This document shows positions 29,626 to 40,681 of a stretch of 64,000 bases of DNA, piece by piece. The stretch is from Nitrospirota bacterium (GTDB taxonomy: Bacteria; Nitrospirota; Nitrospiria; Nitrospirales; NS-4). The DNA is taken from positions 224,001-288,000 of the forward strand of contig CAWBGA010000001.1 of NCBI GenBank assembly GCA_963788195.1. The letters are read 5' to 3'. How positions within the stretch are numbered: position 1 is the first letter of the stretch; each line of letters begins with the position of its first letter. A program made the position numbers and the translations under genes. The notes beneath the pieces were generated by a model. It made no database searches, was not told where the DNA came from, and was given only the letters and a program-made list of their open reading frames with translations.

Positions 29626-31450
29626 ATGATCCCTCGAAAAGATATTCAGAATCTCGCCGTGTTGTTTGGACGGTTCGCGAAGCCTTACTGGCGCTCGCTG
29701 GCGATGCTTGTCTTTGTCAGTATGGCGGCGGGCTTCTTAATGTCATTAAGACCGTTGATTCTCGCCCCGGCCATGGATTCCGCGTTCTTGACCTCTACGC
29801 AGCCGGCCAGATCACTGGGGGAATTAAACCTCAACAATCTGGGCGCCACTATATTGGCCTCGCTGGGCATCGATGCCGGCATCAACAAATTTTACCTCTT
29901 GTGCGCCATCGTCCTCTTATTCGTCGGCATCGTCGTGGTGTCGGCGGCCATGAATTTTCTTGCTCTTCAATTGATGCGATGGATACGCACCGGCGTCGCG
30001 AATGACATTCAGTCCTCAATGTATAAGCATATCCTCTCGTTGTCGATGCCGTTTTTCGTGAAACAGCGAGGAAGCGAATTGCCCAACCGTTTCGTCTTGG
30101 ATGCGGTCCAGACGGCCCAATCCTTTGATCCAATCATTAGAGGATTGTTGGAATCGAGCATCCAGATTGTCATCTACGGCATCATTCTCATTAAGACAGA
30201 CACATATATGGCCGTTGCCGTAGGCGGTGTGATCATCCTGCAGATGGCGATTACGCGATTCTTGCAATATAAGGTGCGCTCGCTCACTACCCAATCATTC
30301 GACACCTACTCGCGAATTGGCAGTCTGGTGCAAGAAGCGTTGCAAACGATCCGTGTGGTCAAATCCTTCTGCGCAGAACGATTTGAGCATGGACGACTGC
30401 TGCGAGAGCTCCGGGACCTCAAGATCAATTCATTGCTGTTCGGGTTTTACAAAAACAGTGAAACGCCTCTTCGTGATGTCGCCAATGGGATCGCGATCGG
30501 CGCAATCCTGTTGGTGGCGTTCTCATCGCTGTCAGCCGGCCGGCTGACATCATCTGGATTTGTGATGTTCGTGCTTATCGCGAGCCAGGCCATCATTCCG
30601 TTCTCGAAAATCGGCGAAGCTCTTGTCCAACTGCAGATGTTCCTGGGCGCTTCGACCTCTGTCGTCGAGATCTTGAATGTCAAACCCACCTTGCTGGAGG
30701 GCGATCTTGAAGCAAAACCTTTCCAGACCAGACTGTGTCTTGAGAAAGTCTCGTTTTGCTATCAGCCCGGGGCTCCCGGTGTTGCACGATATTAACCTCG
30801 AGATTCCCCGGGGGGCCATGGTCGCGATCGTGGGCCCGAGCGGGGCAGGCAAATCTACATTAGCAGACTTGCTGTTGCGGCTCTATGATCCAACCTCAGG
30901 CGTGGTGACATACGATGATATGGATGTCCGAAACTACCGGCAGGAAAGCTACAGGCGGCATTTTGGCGTGGTGCCGCAGGAGTGTTTGCTCTTCAACGCC
31001 AGCATTACCGAGAACATTGCATACGGACGCACGGTCGACATGGATGAGGTGCGGCGCGCGGCCGGGATTGCGAACGCGGAGGAGTTTATTCACCAGTTCC
31101 CGCAGGGATATGAGACCGTCGTCGGAGACCGGGGGATCCGACTCTCGGGAGGACAGCGACAACGGATCGCCCTTGCCCGCGCCATGTACGGACGTCCTGA
31201 GATCCTCGTTCTGGACGAAGCGACAAGTTCGCTCGATAGCGAATCCGAAGAACAGGTTCAGGCGGCGATAGATCGGGTGACGAAAGAGATTACCGCCATT
31301 GTCATCGCCCACCGCCTTTCGACAGTCATCAGGGCAGATAAAATCGTGGTTCTGAGTGAAGGCAAAATTGAAGCCGTGGATACGCACGGTCCTTTGCTCG
31401 ATCATTGCCCGCTCTATCGCCGTCTTTATGCCGGGCAGTTCAGTGAATAG
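29626..31450 (+). CDS. ABC exporter, fused TMD-NBD (MsbA/PglK-like lipid-linked glycan flippase); +1 frameshift near 30775
   Basis: About 6 TM helices then GPSGAGKST, LSGGQRQRIA, LDEATSSLD, IAHRLST. Confidence 0.9.
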
Positions 31451-31485
31451 CTGGTCCCCACCACAGAGTCGAAGAAAACCATAGA

Positions 31486-33414
31486 ATGTGTTCCATCGCC
31501 GCAGCGCTCAGCCTTTCTTCCGAAAGGATACCCAATCTCACTCGGGTCTTAGAAGTCACCAATCACCTGCAGCAACATCGGGGCCCGGATGGCCATGGGA
31601 CGTGGGAGCACCCGCGTGGCATGGTCGGTCTGGCAAACTGCCGCCTCAGCGTCATTGATTTAGGGACAGGGCACCAGCCGATGCGGGACCCTGCAGGCAA
31701 TTGGGTCACATTCAATGGTGAAATTTATAATTTTCGCGAGTTAAGAGCGCAGTTGGGGTCCAACTTGTTCTCGACTCATTCCGACACCGAAGTGATTCTT
31801 CATGCGTACCGCAAGTGGGGAGCGGATTGCGTCAATCAGTTCCGTGGCATGTTTGCATTCGCACTGTGGGATGAGGCCGAGCAAACCTTGTTCTGTGCCC
31901 GGGATCCGTTCGGAATTAAGCCGCTTTACTATACGGTGGTTCAGGATGTTCTTTATTTAGCCTCGGAAGTCAAAGCACTGATCCCTTTTGTTGCGGAGGT
32001 CGAAACTGACCTTGAAGGATTCAAGGACTACCTGACGTTCCAATTTTGCCTCGACGGCAAAACCCTCTTTAAAGGAATCCGGGAGGTCCTGCCTGGGCAT
32101 GTCCTGATCGCGCGAAAAGGCACGGTGGAGACGCGGCGCTACTGGGAGGTGTATTACGATCTCGACTTCGAGCACAGCCCTGAGTATTTCGAAGAAAAGA
32201 TCCGGGGATTGCTCGATGAATCCGTGGCCTTTAACCTTCGGAGCGATGTTCCGGTCGGCGCGTATGTGAGCGGGGGGTTGGATTCGGGCATTGTTGCATC
32301 GCTGGCGGTACAACATGGGGGCGCCGGCTTTAAAGGCTTTAACGGGAAGTTTTCATTTGACCGGCCTATGATGAAAGCCGATATGCCCGTGATCTGGCTC
32401 GCACGCGCGGGTTTGAGCTTCATGAGGTGGACATTACCGCTACGGATTTTGCCGAACATATGGAGAAGGTGATTTATCACCTTGATTTTCCGACCGCAGG
32501 TCCGGGCGCATTTCCTCAATTCATGGTCTCGCGGTTGGCTGCACGTCATCGAAAGGTGGTCCTCGGCGGTCAGGGGGGAGACGAAATCTTCGGCGGGTAC
32601 GTCCGGTACCTGGTGGCGTATTTCGAGCAGTGTATCAAAGCCGCGATCGACGGCACCATGCATTCCGGCAATTTCATTGTGACGTATGAATCCATCATTC
32701 CTAACCTGAGTGCGCTCCGGAATTATAAGCCCATGCTGCAGCAGTTTTGGCGAGAAGGGCTCTTTGAGGATCTCGACAAGCGGTATTTCCGATTAGTCAA
32801 CCGCACGGCAATGTTACAAGACGAGATCAACTGGTCTCTGCTCGGCGATTATTCGCCGTTTGAGACCTTCCGCAGCATCTTCAGGGGCAAGAACGTCCCC
32901 AAGGAATCCTACTTCGACAGCATGACGCACTATGATTTTAAGACGCTCTTGCCGGCCTTGCTCCAGGTCGAGGATCGCATGAGCATGGCGCATGGCCTCG
33001 AATCACGCGTTCCGTTTTTGGATCGTGATCTGGTCAAACTGGCCGCGACCATTCCCTCCAATATCAAGTTCAAGGACGGGAATATGAAACATGTGTTGAA
33101 GAGTTGCATGAAGTCCGTATTGCCTGAGTCCATTCTGAATCGGACGGATAAGATGGGGTTCCCGGTTCCACTGCAGGAATGGTTTGCGGAAAAAGGCGAT
33201 TGTGCGGGAGTTCGTCACGGACATCCTGTCTTCACAGAATGCCAAGACCCGATCGCTCATCGATAATCGTCGCGTATTGGCCGGCATAGATCAGGAGCAG
33301 AAGTTTGGTCGGAAGATATGGGGTTTTCTTTGCCTGGAGCTGTGGCAGCGGAGTTTTCACGACAGAGCATCCTATTTTAAGCGATCGCTCAATAATCAGG
33401 AGACACTGGCATGA
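31486..33414 (+). CDS. asnB: Asparagine-synthase-like glutamine amidotransferase (WbmI-like); frameshifts near 32362 (-1) and 33195 (+1)
   Basis: N-terminal MCSIA, HRGPDG, FNGEIYN, SGGLDS, GQGGDE, DRMSMAHGLESRVPFLD, KMGFPVP. Confidence 0.9.
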
Positions 33415-34358
33415 AGGTGCTCATCACGGGAGGAGCCGGTTTTATTGGATCGCACTTGGCAGATCGCCTGATTGCGGGAGGACACCAGGTGTGTGTGATC
33501 GACAATTACGCGACGGGCCGCCGCGATAATCTCGCACCCCACCCCAATCTGACAGTGATCGAGGGCACGATCGCGGACGCCGGATTGGTGAACACCGCGT
33601 TTGCGAAATTTCAGCCGGACAAGGTCGTGCATGCCGCGGCTGCTTATAAGGACCCGGATGATTGGAGTGAGGATGCTCGAACCAATGTTCTCGGAACGGC
33701 GAACGTGGTGAAAGCATCGACATCGGTGAATGTCGGCCGATTGATCTATTTCCAGACTGCGCTGTGCTATGGCCTTCATCCCAGCGAACAGCCCGTCACG
33801 CTGAATCACCCGGTTCGTCCTGAAGGATCAAGTTACGCGATCAGCAAAACGACAGGAGAGCAGTACGTCATGCTCAGCCCCCTCAACTATATTTCTTTCC
33901 GTTTGGCGAATGCGTACGGTCCCCGAAACGTAAGCGGTCCGTTGCCCACGTTCTATCATCGTCTGATTAACAACAAGCCGTGCTTTGTCATGGACACCAG
34001 GCGTGATTTTATCTTTATCAAGGACTTGGTCGACGTGGTGCTCATGGCTCTCGAAGGGAAGGGCGGCAAAGGTGTCTACCATGTCTCCTCAGGATCGGAT
34101 TTTGCGATCAAGGACCTCTTCAATGCCACGATTAAAGCCCTCGGGACGAAACTAGACCAAGAGGTTGAGACACGTCCGCGTAAACCGGATGATGCCTATA
34201 CCATCCTGTTGGACCCCTCGAAGACACACCAAGACTTTCCCGGGTGGCGCGCTTCCACTCCATTGGATCTCGGGGTGGCGGCCGCCATTGATTGGTACAA
34301 GCGATTCGGTCTCACCGAAACCTTCACACATCTAAAACTGGGTGAGGGGAAGAAATAG
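33411..34358 (+). CDS. NAD-dependent epimerase/reductase, Bordetella WbmG/WbmH-like
   Basis: AAAYKDPDDW, FQTALCYG, SSYAISK, RLANAYGPRNVSGPLP, LLDPSKT, as recalled from WbmG/WbmH. Confidence 0.85.
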   Translation: MKVLITGGAGFIGSHLADRLIAGGHQVCVIDNYATGRRDNLAPHPNLTVIEGTIADAGLVNTAFAKFQPDKVVHAAAAYKDPDDWSEDARTNVLGTANVVKASTSVNVGRLIYFQTALCYGLHPSEQPVTLNHPVRPEGSSYAISKTTGEQYVMLSPLNYISFRLANAYGPRNVSGPLPTFYHRLINNKPCFVMDTRRDFIFIKDLVDVVLMALEGKGGKGVYHVSSGSDFAIKDLFNATIKALGTKLDQEVETRPRKPDDAYTILLDPSKTHQDFPGWRASTPLDLGVAAAIDWYKRFGLTETFTHLKLGEGKK

Positions 34359-34381
34359 TCAGGCGGCATCCGCATCATTCT

Positions 34382-35461
34382 ATGATTGAACATTTGCGGC
34401 ATACGCGAAGTCTAGTGGTCGGGGGGGCGGGGTTTGTAGGAAGCAACCTCGTTCGCCGCCTGCTCAGGGACGGAATTGACCGCATCGTGGTAGTGGATAA
34501 TTTGCTTTCCGCCGAGGCCTGCAACTTGCCCGAGGACCCGCGGCTTGAGTTTATAGAGGGGTCGATCGCGGACAGCCGGGTGCTTGCCCGCCTTCATGAT
34601 GAGTTCGAATACGTCTTTCATTTGGCGACGTATCATGGCAACCAGAGCTCGATCGCAAATCCTTTGGCGGACCATGACAACAATTTGATCACAACGCTCA
34701 AACTCTACGAACAGATCAAGGGGTTCAAGAAACTCCGGAAGGTGGTTTATGCGGCTTCGGGCTGTACGTTGGCGCCTCATACGGCTGATCAGCCGGAGGC
34801 CACATGTGAAGATGGTCATGTCCCCTTCGATCTGGATAGTCCTTACCAGATATCCAAGGTCGTCGGCGAGTTCTACTCGGTGTATTACCACCGACAACAC
34901 CATCTTCCGACGGTGCGGGCGCGCTTTCAGAATGTCTATGGTCCGGGCGAGTTCCTGGGCGCAGGGCGATGGCGCGGCACACCCGCGACCGTGTGGCGCA
35001 ATGTCATGCCGACATTCATATACCGCGCGCTGAAACATCTGCCGTTGCAGGTAGAAAACAATGGCGAAGCGACTCGGGACTTTATTTATGTCGACGACAT
35101 CGTACACGGTCTGTTGTTGTGTGCGGTAATTGGTGAACCGGGCGATGTCTATAATTTGGCGAAGGGTGTTGAAACATCCATCTTCGAGCTTGCCGAACTG
35201 ATCAATGCGATCGCCGGCAATCCTGTGCCGGTGGAGCTTCTTCCAAGACGCGCATGGGACCACTCTGTTAAACGGTTTGGAAGCACGGAAAAGTCGATGC
35301 GATGCTTGGGGTTTGAAGCCCATGTTCCTTTGGAGGAGGGCATCCGGCGAACCATGGATTGGACTCGCAGCAACATGCAACAGATTGAAACCTGTATCCA
35401 AAAACATGCTGCGCATATGAAGGTCCAAGCGCCGGCGTCGGTTCTGTCAACAGAGAACTGA
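34382..35461 (+). CDS. NAD-dependent epimerase, Bordetella WbmF-like
   Basis: FHLATYHGNQSSI..PLADH, ARFQNVYGPGE.LGAGRWRGTPATVWRNV, KRFGS, as recalled from WbmF. Confidence 0.88.
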   Translation: MIEHLRHTRSLVVGGAGFVGSNLVRRLLRDGIDRIVVVDNLLSAEACNLPEDPRLEFIEGSIADSRVLARLHDEFEYVFHLATYHGNQSSIANPLADHDNNLITTLKLYEQIKGFKKLRKVVYAASGCTLAPHTADQPEATCEDGHVPFDLDSPYQISKVVGEFYSVYYHRQHHLPTVRARFQNVYGPGEFLGAGRWRGTPATVWRNVMPTFIYRALKHLPLQVENNGEATRDFIYVDDIVHGLLLCAVIGEPGDVYNLAKGVETSIFELAELINAIAGNPVPVELLPRRAWDHSVKRFGSTEKSMRCLGFEAHVPLEEGIRRTMDWTRSNMQQIETCIQKHAAHMKVQAPASVLSTEN

Positions 35462-35519
35462 CATACTGCATCACGCCCGTTGAACACCACTTGCCAGGTA
35501 ATGCCAGACATCCGCGCTT

Positions 35520-36263
35520 TTGATCTTGCAATCGCCAAGCCAAGACGTACGGCGTGTCCTTCTGGTGGGGAACTCTGTGTCACTGCCGCCTATGGAGGGT
35601 GTACCAGCCTATCCCAAGCTGCTGGAGGAACGGCTCGGTGATCGGTGGAAAGTCGTTCATATTATCAGAGGCGGGGAAACGGTTGATCAATTTGAGCCGG
35701 AGGTGCTAACCACGTTAGAGGAGACGGTGCCACGTGCGATCCTACTCCAGGTAGGTATCAATGAATGCGGGCCGCGGCCTTTAAATCGCAAAGAGAGGGA
35801 AAGGCTTGGAAGAGTGTGGCCTCGCTGGCTTCGTTCGTTGTTGATCCGTATCCTCCACCACTTTCGACCGCAGATTATTCGTGCTCGCGGGCCTAACCAG
35901 TTCACGCCGTTAGCCGTGTTCGCTCAGAGTGTCGAGAAGATTATTGCAAAGGCTGTATCTCTACGCTGCGCGGTCTTGATCTTGCCGATTACGCGGGTCA
36001 GTGCAATCGCGGAAATCCGCCAGCCGTTTTTTAACCGAGAAATCGAACGGTATAACGAAGTACTACGTGGGTTCAAACGGAACGGCGTCGTGTATGTGGA
36101 ACAGCAGGAGCTGCTCGGCTCTCACACGCCGGAAGATTTTGGTATTTCCCCTGAGAACGTTCATTTGAAGGGCTGGGCGCATGAAAGAATTGCGGCATTT
36201 GTATCCGATTGGTTGGACCGTTCGCTCGATACGAACACTCTCCTTCGGGAGACACAGCCATGA
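35520..36263 (+). CDS. SGNH/GDSL-family protein, no TM anchor
   Basis: LVGNSVSLP, YPKLL, QVGINECGPR, YNEVL, NVHL..WAH. Confidence 0.75.
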   Translation: MILQSPSQDVRRVLLVGNSVSLPPMEGVPAYPKLLEERLGDRWKVVHIIRGGETVDQFEPEVLTTLEETVPRAILLQVGINECGPRPLNRKERERLGRVWPRWLRSLLIRILHHFRPQIIRARGPNQFTPLAVFAQSVEKIIAKAVSLRCAVLILPITRVSAIAEIRQPFFNREIERYNEVLRGFKRNGVVYVEQQELLGSHTPEDFGISPENVHLKGWAHERIAAFVSDWLDRSLDTNTLLRETQP

Positions 36264-37357
36264 GGCCGGTGTCGGTGTTGTTGCTCTATGCCCAGAGCGA
36301 CGTCAATAAGACCTTCTCATATCAATACGGCTGGCCACGTAAATTTCTCGACCATCCTCGCTTTCGATGCACGGCTGTGAACGTCGTGGATCGTAGCTGG
36401 GAGGCCATTTGTGACCGGTACAAGGCCCTATGGACGGTAAAATTTGATGCTCTTGTCATTCTGCATTCTGTGTTTTCCAATGGATGCTACCTGCGACCGA
36501 GGCATCTGTTATTTCATGCGGTCAAAGCGTTACGGCTTCCCAAGGCGTACTTCATCGGGAATGAATACAAGTTGATGCCCGAGAAAATGGCGTTTTGCGA
36601 AGCGCTCGGCATCTCGTTGCTGGTATCGCAGAGCAATAGTCCGGCTGTCCACCGGTTATATCGTGACCGGCTGAAATGCGCCGTGGCGGGTATTCCGAGT
36701 GCCGGATTGGATACGACCGTATTTTATCCGCAGATACCGTGGGGGGAACGCCCAATAGACATAGGCTATCGATCGGATGAATCGCCGATTTACTTGGGCC
36801 ACACGGAGCGGCGTCAGATTGCGGACTATTTTCTGGCGCAGGGGCCCCGTTACGGCTTGAACATGAATATATCTTTGAAGCAAGCCGATCGCTTTGGCGA
36901 ACATGGGTGGGCCGCATTTCTCAATCAATGCAAGGGCCAGTTGGGTACGGAAGCCGGCGGAGATTACTTTGAACTCACCGACGCCACCAGAAAGGGCTAC
37001 GGGCGTTATCTCAAGCGACACCATACGGCCACCGACCAGGAAGTCCTGGATCGGTTTTTCAAGGACTACAAGAACCCCATCGCCATGCGGGTCCTCAGCG
37101 GACGTATTGTCGAAGCGGCAGGTACCAAAACATTACAGATCCTATTTGAGGGTCGCTATAACGATTATTTCAAACCGGACGTCCATTACATCCCACTCAA
37201 GAAGGACTTTAGTAACTTCGACGAAGTGATGGAAAAGTTTCGCGATGAGAACTACTGCCGCTCCCTCACCGAGCAGGCCTATGAATTGGCGATCAAAGAG
37301 CTGACCTACGACAAGCTGATTGACAAGTTTTACGATGCCTTGGTGCCGTTTTTATAA
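36260..37357 (+). CDS. Putative glycosyltransferase (GT-B-like, uncharacterised)
   Basis: RPIDIGYR, SGRIVEAAGTKT, HYIPLKKDFSN, LTYDKLI; overlap-coupled within the operon. Confidence 0.6.
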   Translation: MRPVSVLLLYAQSDVNKTFSYQYGWPRKFLDHPRFRCTAVNVVDRSWEAICDRYKALWTVKFDALVILHSVFSNGCYLRPRHLLFHAVKALRLPKAYFIGNEYKLMPEKMAFCEALGISLLVSQSNSPAVHRLYRDRLKCAVAGIPSAGLDTTVFYPQIPWGERPIDIGYRSDESPIYLGHTERRQIADYFLAQGPRYGLNMNISLKQADRFGEHGWAAFLNQCKGQLGTEAGGDYFELTDATRKGYGRYLKRHHTATDQEVLDRFFKDYKNPIAMRVLSGRIVEAAGTKTLQILFEGRYNDYFKPDVHYIPLKKDFSNFDEVMEKFRDENYCRSLTEQAYELAIKELTYDKLIDKFYDALVPFL

Positions 37358-37364
37358 CGACATT

Positions 37365-38699
37365 ATGAGGAAGCATACTTTGGTTAAGGCTGCATTAAAA
37401 CTCAGTGCCTGGGGGTATCTTCGTCCAATACGTTCGGCTATGCACTTGCTTTGGAATAACAGCCCCAAGTCCTCAATGAATTTACTGGGAGCTCTTCTCC
37501 AACTGAAACTTCGAAAAAGTGCTTTGCTGCCGCTCGCAAGGGTCCTTGATAAACGACCAGCAGTCTCCTTGTTGAGCAATCTGAATTCAAGTGTCTTTGG
37601 CGAGTTTGTGACGGATGACGGATGTAAACTCTTCTTATACGATGGATATCGAGATCGGATAAAACGACAATGGCGATTAGATTACTGGCCGACGATCGCC
37701 CTGCTGACTATCTGTACTCGCATTGACGTGGGTTCTGCCGGGGTCGCTTTGATCCGTGACATCAATTCGGGGCGCACACTGCCGGTATGCCTAGATGAAG
37801 TGGCAGATATGGTAGCTGCTTTGGCGAAAACACATCCGAAGGAACTCATAGAGTCAGACATCCCCTCGCCGCTTACAAAAAGAACGATTATTGCTGCTCG
37901 GCTGACTGTCAAGCAGGCAGACTCAATGGCAAGCTATTACCGGCAGATCGCCATGAGGATGTTAACGCAGTATGCGAGGTTCCAATCTATCCAGAACTTC
38001 GACCGTCTCCGGGTTTTGGAGGTCGGTTGTGGCATGGGCTACGCCGTGATGGCGTTGTCTGCACTTGGTATTGACCGACCTGTCGGGATTGATTCTGGAG
38101 TGAAGGACTACCGCTGGATTTCCGAGCGGCAAGCGGTGGCTGGAAGGCTAGGTGCTGACACGTGCGGGAACCATTCGTCCGTAAAGATCCTCGAAGGCGA
38201 CTGTAGCAGCATGGACTTAAATGATAATGAATTCGATTTCATCTACAGTGCCTCTGTGGTTGAACATCTCCCAAATTTACAGCGAGCGTTTTCAGAAATG
38301 GCCCGAGTGCTAAAGCCGGGTGGAATGATGATTCATCACGTTGACCCTTTTTTTTCTCCCAAAGGCGGCCATGCTTCCTGTACCTTGGATTTTCCTTGGG
38401 GACATGTCCTTTTAACTCCATCGGAGTTTCGCCGGTACCTTCAACAATGGCGACCCTATGAACACGATCACGCGCTTACGGCGTATACCTGCAACTTTAC
38501 TTCGCCGCGGGCGTCACTTTTTGATCTTGAACAGATTATTTGTCAAACCGGACTGACTATAATCGCGTGGCAGGAGGATCGTTATCCTGATCATTCTCCC
38601 ACGAACAATACATGGAGGCACGCCAAGGCACTTCATCCAACAGTTGGGCTGCGCGATTTGGCGGTGGATAGACTCAATTTGGTGTTGATGAAGCAATGA
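37365..38699 (+). CDS. Class I SAM-dependent methyltransferase with long N-terminal extension
   Basis: VLEVGCGMG, FDFIYSASVVEH, RVLKPGG, PWGHVL. Confidence 0.88.
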   Translation: MRKHTLVKAALKLSAWGYLRPIRSAMHLLWNNSPKSSMNLLGALLQLKLRKSALLPLARVLDKRPAVSLLSNLNSSVFGEFVTDDGCKLFLYDGYRDRIKRQWRLDYWPTIALLTICTRIDVGSAGVALIRDINSGRTLPVCLDEVADMVAALAKTHPKELIESDIPSPLTKRTIIAARLTVKQADSMASYYRQIAMRMLTQYARFQSIQNFDRLRVLEVGCGMGYAVMALSALGIDRPVGIDSGVKDYRWISERQAVAGRLGADTCGNHSSVKILEGDCSSMDLNDNEFDFIYSASVVEHLPNLQRAFSEMARVLKPGGMMIHHVDPFFSPKGGHASCTLDFPWGHVLLTPSEFRRYLQQWRPYEHDHALTAYTCNFTSPRASLFDLEQIICQTGLTIIAWQEDRYPDHSPTNNTWRHAKALHPTVGLRDLAVDRLNLVLMKQ

Positions 38700-38715
38700 G
38701 AGTCGTGGATTACTT

Positions 38716-39639
38716 ATGACCGATCTGGGTTTCCTACTGAAGTTACAGGCTCTCCAACTCCGCGATTTTGGGTTAAGCCAATATCTTCAATGGCATAGGG
38801 TGCTTCTCGCTGCGTGGATGCGAGAGCGGAAGAATCGAGGGGCTTATCGAGTGCTCAACGAAGCTGAGTTAAAGGCCTCACGGAAATCAGATACGGTGTT
38901 TATTTTCGGGTCCGGTTATTCCCTGAACGATATCACAGCGGAAGAATGGCGACACTTTGAGAAGCACGACACGTTGGGCCTCAGTGGTTTCGTCTATCAG
39001 AAGTGGATTCGGGTTGATTACCATCTTATCCGTGGGTGGGTGGAGGCTAAAGCCGGAGCTTTGAATTGGAAGGCCCACAGCCAGGACTTCGCGGACGTTC
39101 TCAATGCGAATGAGTATTTCAAGGATACAATTCTCGTTATGCAAGGCGAATATCTCGCCCAGTTCTGTAACAGCCTTATCGGGTGCGGTCACATCAGGCC
39201 GGGCACGCGGATCTTCCGATACCGCACAGCGAGAGCCGCAAGAGCTCCGACACCCTGTCTCGCAGACGGGCTCGCCCATAGCTTCGGCACCCTCAGCGAT
39301 GCGGTGAACTTTGCTTATTGCATGGGATGGGAGCAGATTGTTCTGGTGGGCGTGGATCTATACGACTCGCGTTACTTCTGGTTGAAAAGCAATGAGACAC
39401 TCGCCGTGAATGAAGCGACGGGAATGCTGATGCCGGCTGAGATCAATACCCGCGGAGTTCGATTTGACGGAAAGCACAACGCCACGAACAACGGAATCGT
39501 CGAGGCAATGACGAGCTGGCGGGAGCTTTTCGAGCGCGAGAATGTGAAGATCTCTGTCTATAATCCTCGTTCTCTTCTTCGCGATGTTCTGCCTGTCTAT
39601 CCGAATTGTTCATCGATGGTAATAACTAAGAATCTTTGA
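38716..39639 (+). CDS. Uncharacterised protein with Maf/DUF115/GT42-like motifs; candidate nonulosonate transferase
   Basis: DTVFIFGSGYSL ... AVNFAYCMGWEQIVLVGVDL. Confidence 0.55.
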   Translation: MTDLGFLLKLQALQLRDFGLSQYLQWHRVLLAAWMRERKNRGAYRVLNEAELKASRKSDTVFIFGSGYSLNDITAEEWRHFEKHDTLGLSGFVYQKWIRVDYHLIRGWVEAKAGALNWKAHSQDFADVLNANEYFKDTILVMQGEYLAQFCNSLIGCGHIRPGTRIFRYRTARAARAPTPCLADGLAHSFGTLSDAVNFAYCMGWEQIVLVGVDLYDSRYFWLKSNETLAVNEATGMLMPAEINTRGVRFDGKHNATNNGIVEAMTSWRELFERENVKISVYNPRSLLRDVLPVYPNCSSMVITKNL

Positions 39640-39723
39640 GACATCGGCGCTGCTGAGGTCGGCCGGGCATCGCAAAGCCGAACGCCGTTTGTCCTCAGTT
39701 CTCATTTAAATCCGGAAGAGATC

Positions 39724-40680
39724 ATGGAACGACGCGAGCTTGGAAAGACCGGTATGCAGGTGAGCGTCCTGGCTCTGGGTGCGGCCGATATCGGATTCAA
39801 GAATCTCTCTTTAAGCAAGGTTGAGCGGCTTCTCAGAGAGGCCATGGACCTCGGCGTCAATGTGATTGACACGGCAGAGTGCTATGGGGACAGCGAAGAA
39901 AAAATAGGCCGGGCGACCCCGGCACGTCGCCAATACTATATCTTTACCAAATGCGGGCACGCGTCCGGGCTCGACTCACCAGACTGGAGTCCCCGCTTGT
40001 TAGAGCAGAGCATCGAGCGGAGCCTGCGCAGGCTTCGGACGGATTATTTGGATGTGATCCAGCTGCACAGTTGCTCCGAACAGGTCTTACGCCAGAGTGA
40101 TGTGATCCAGGTCCTGCAGCGGGCAAAACAGGCCGGGAAAACCCGGTATATCGGCTATAGCGGCGACGGCCAGAATGCAGTGTACGCGATTAAGTCAGGA
40201 GTGTTTGACACGCTGCAGACCTCGATCAATCTTGCTGATCAGGAAGCGATCGATGTCAGTTTGCCGCTTGCTAAAGAGCGAGGCATGGGCGTGATCGTGA
40301 AACGGCCATTGGCCAGGGTCGCCTGGACGTTACCGAAGAGGATCGGCCGCGCCACGCGAGCGGTTCTTCGCCGGCTTCTGTGGGTCATTCCTCCGTTGCG
40401 CGGGCATCCCAGCGGTCGATTGAACGATACTTACCTGGCGCGCTTCGACCACCTCAATTATGAATTTCTCAGACAGGGCGGTTCCGAGGCTGTGGAAACC
40501 GCGCTGCGATTTACGTTGAGCGTTGAGGGCGTGCATTCCGCCATTGTGGGTAGTCTCAAGCCCGAACGGTGGAGACAGAATGCAGCAATCGTGGCGGCAG
40601 GGCCTTTGAACAAGGACATCTTCGAGGCCATCCGCGCCCGCTGGCTGGTTGCGGCCCGACCAAACTGGACTGAGCATTAA
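39724..40680 (+). CDS. Aldo/keto reductase
   Basis: RRELGKTG, IDTAECYGDSEE, TKCG, SLRRLRTDYLDVIQLH. Confidence 0.92.
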   Translation: MERRELGKTGMQVSVLALGAADIGFKNLSLSKVERLLREAMDLGVNVIDTAECYGDSEEKIGRATPARRQYYIFTKCGHASGLDSPDWSPRLLEQSIERSLRRLRTDYLDVIQLHSCSEQVLRQSDVIQVLQRAKQAGKTRYIGYSGDGQNAVYAIKSGVFDTLQTSINLADQEAIDVSLPLAKERGMGVIVKRPLARVAWTLPKRIGRATRAVLRRLLWVIPPLRGHPSGRLNDTYLARFDHLNYEFLRQGGSEAVETALRFTLSVEGVHSAIVGSLKPERWRQNAAIVAAGPLNKDIFEAIRARWLVAARPNWTEH

Positions 40681-40681
40681 C

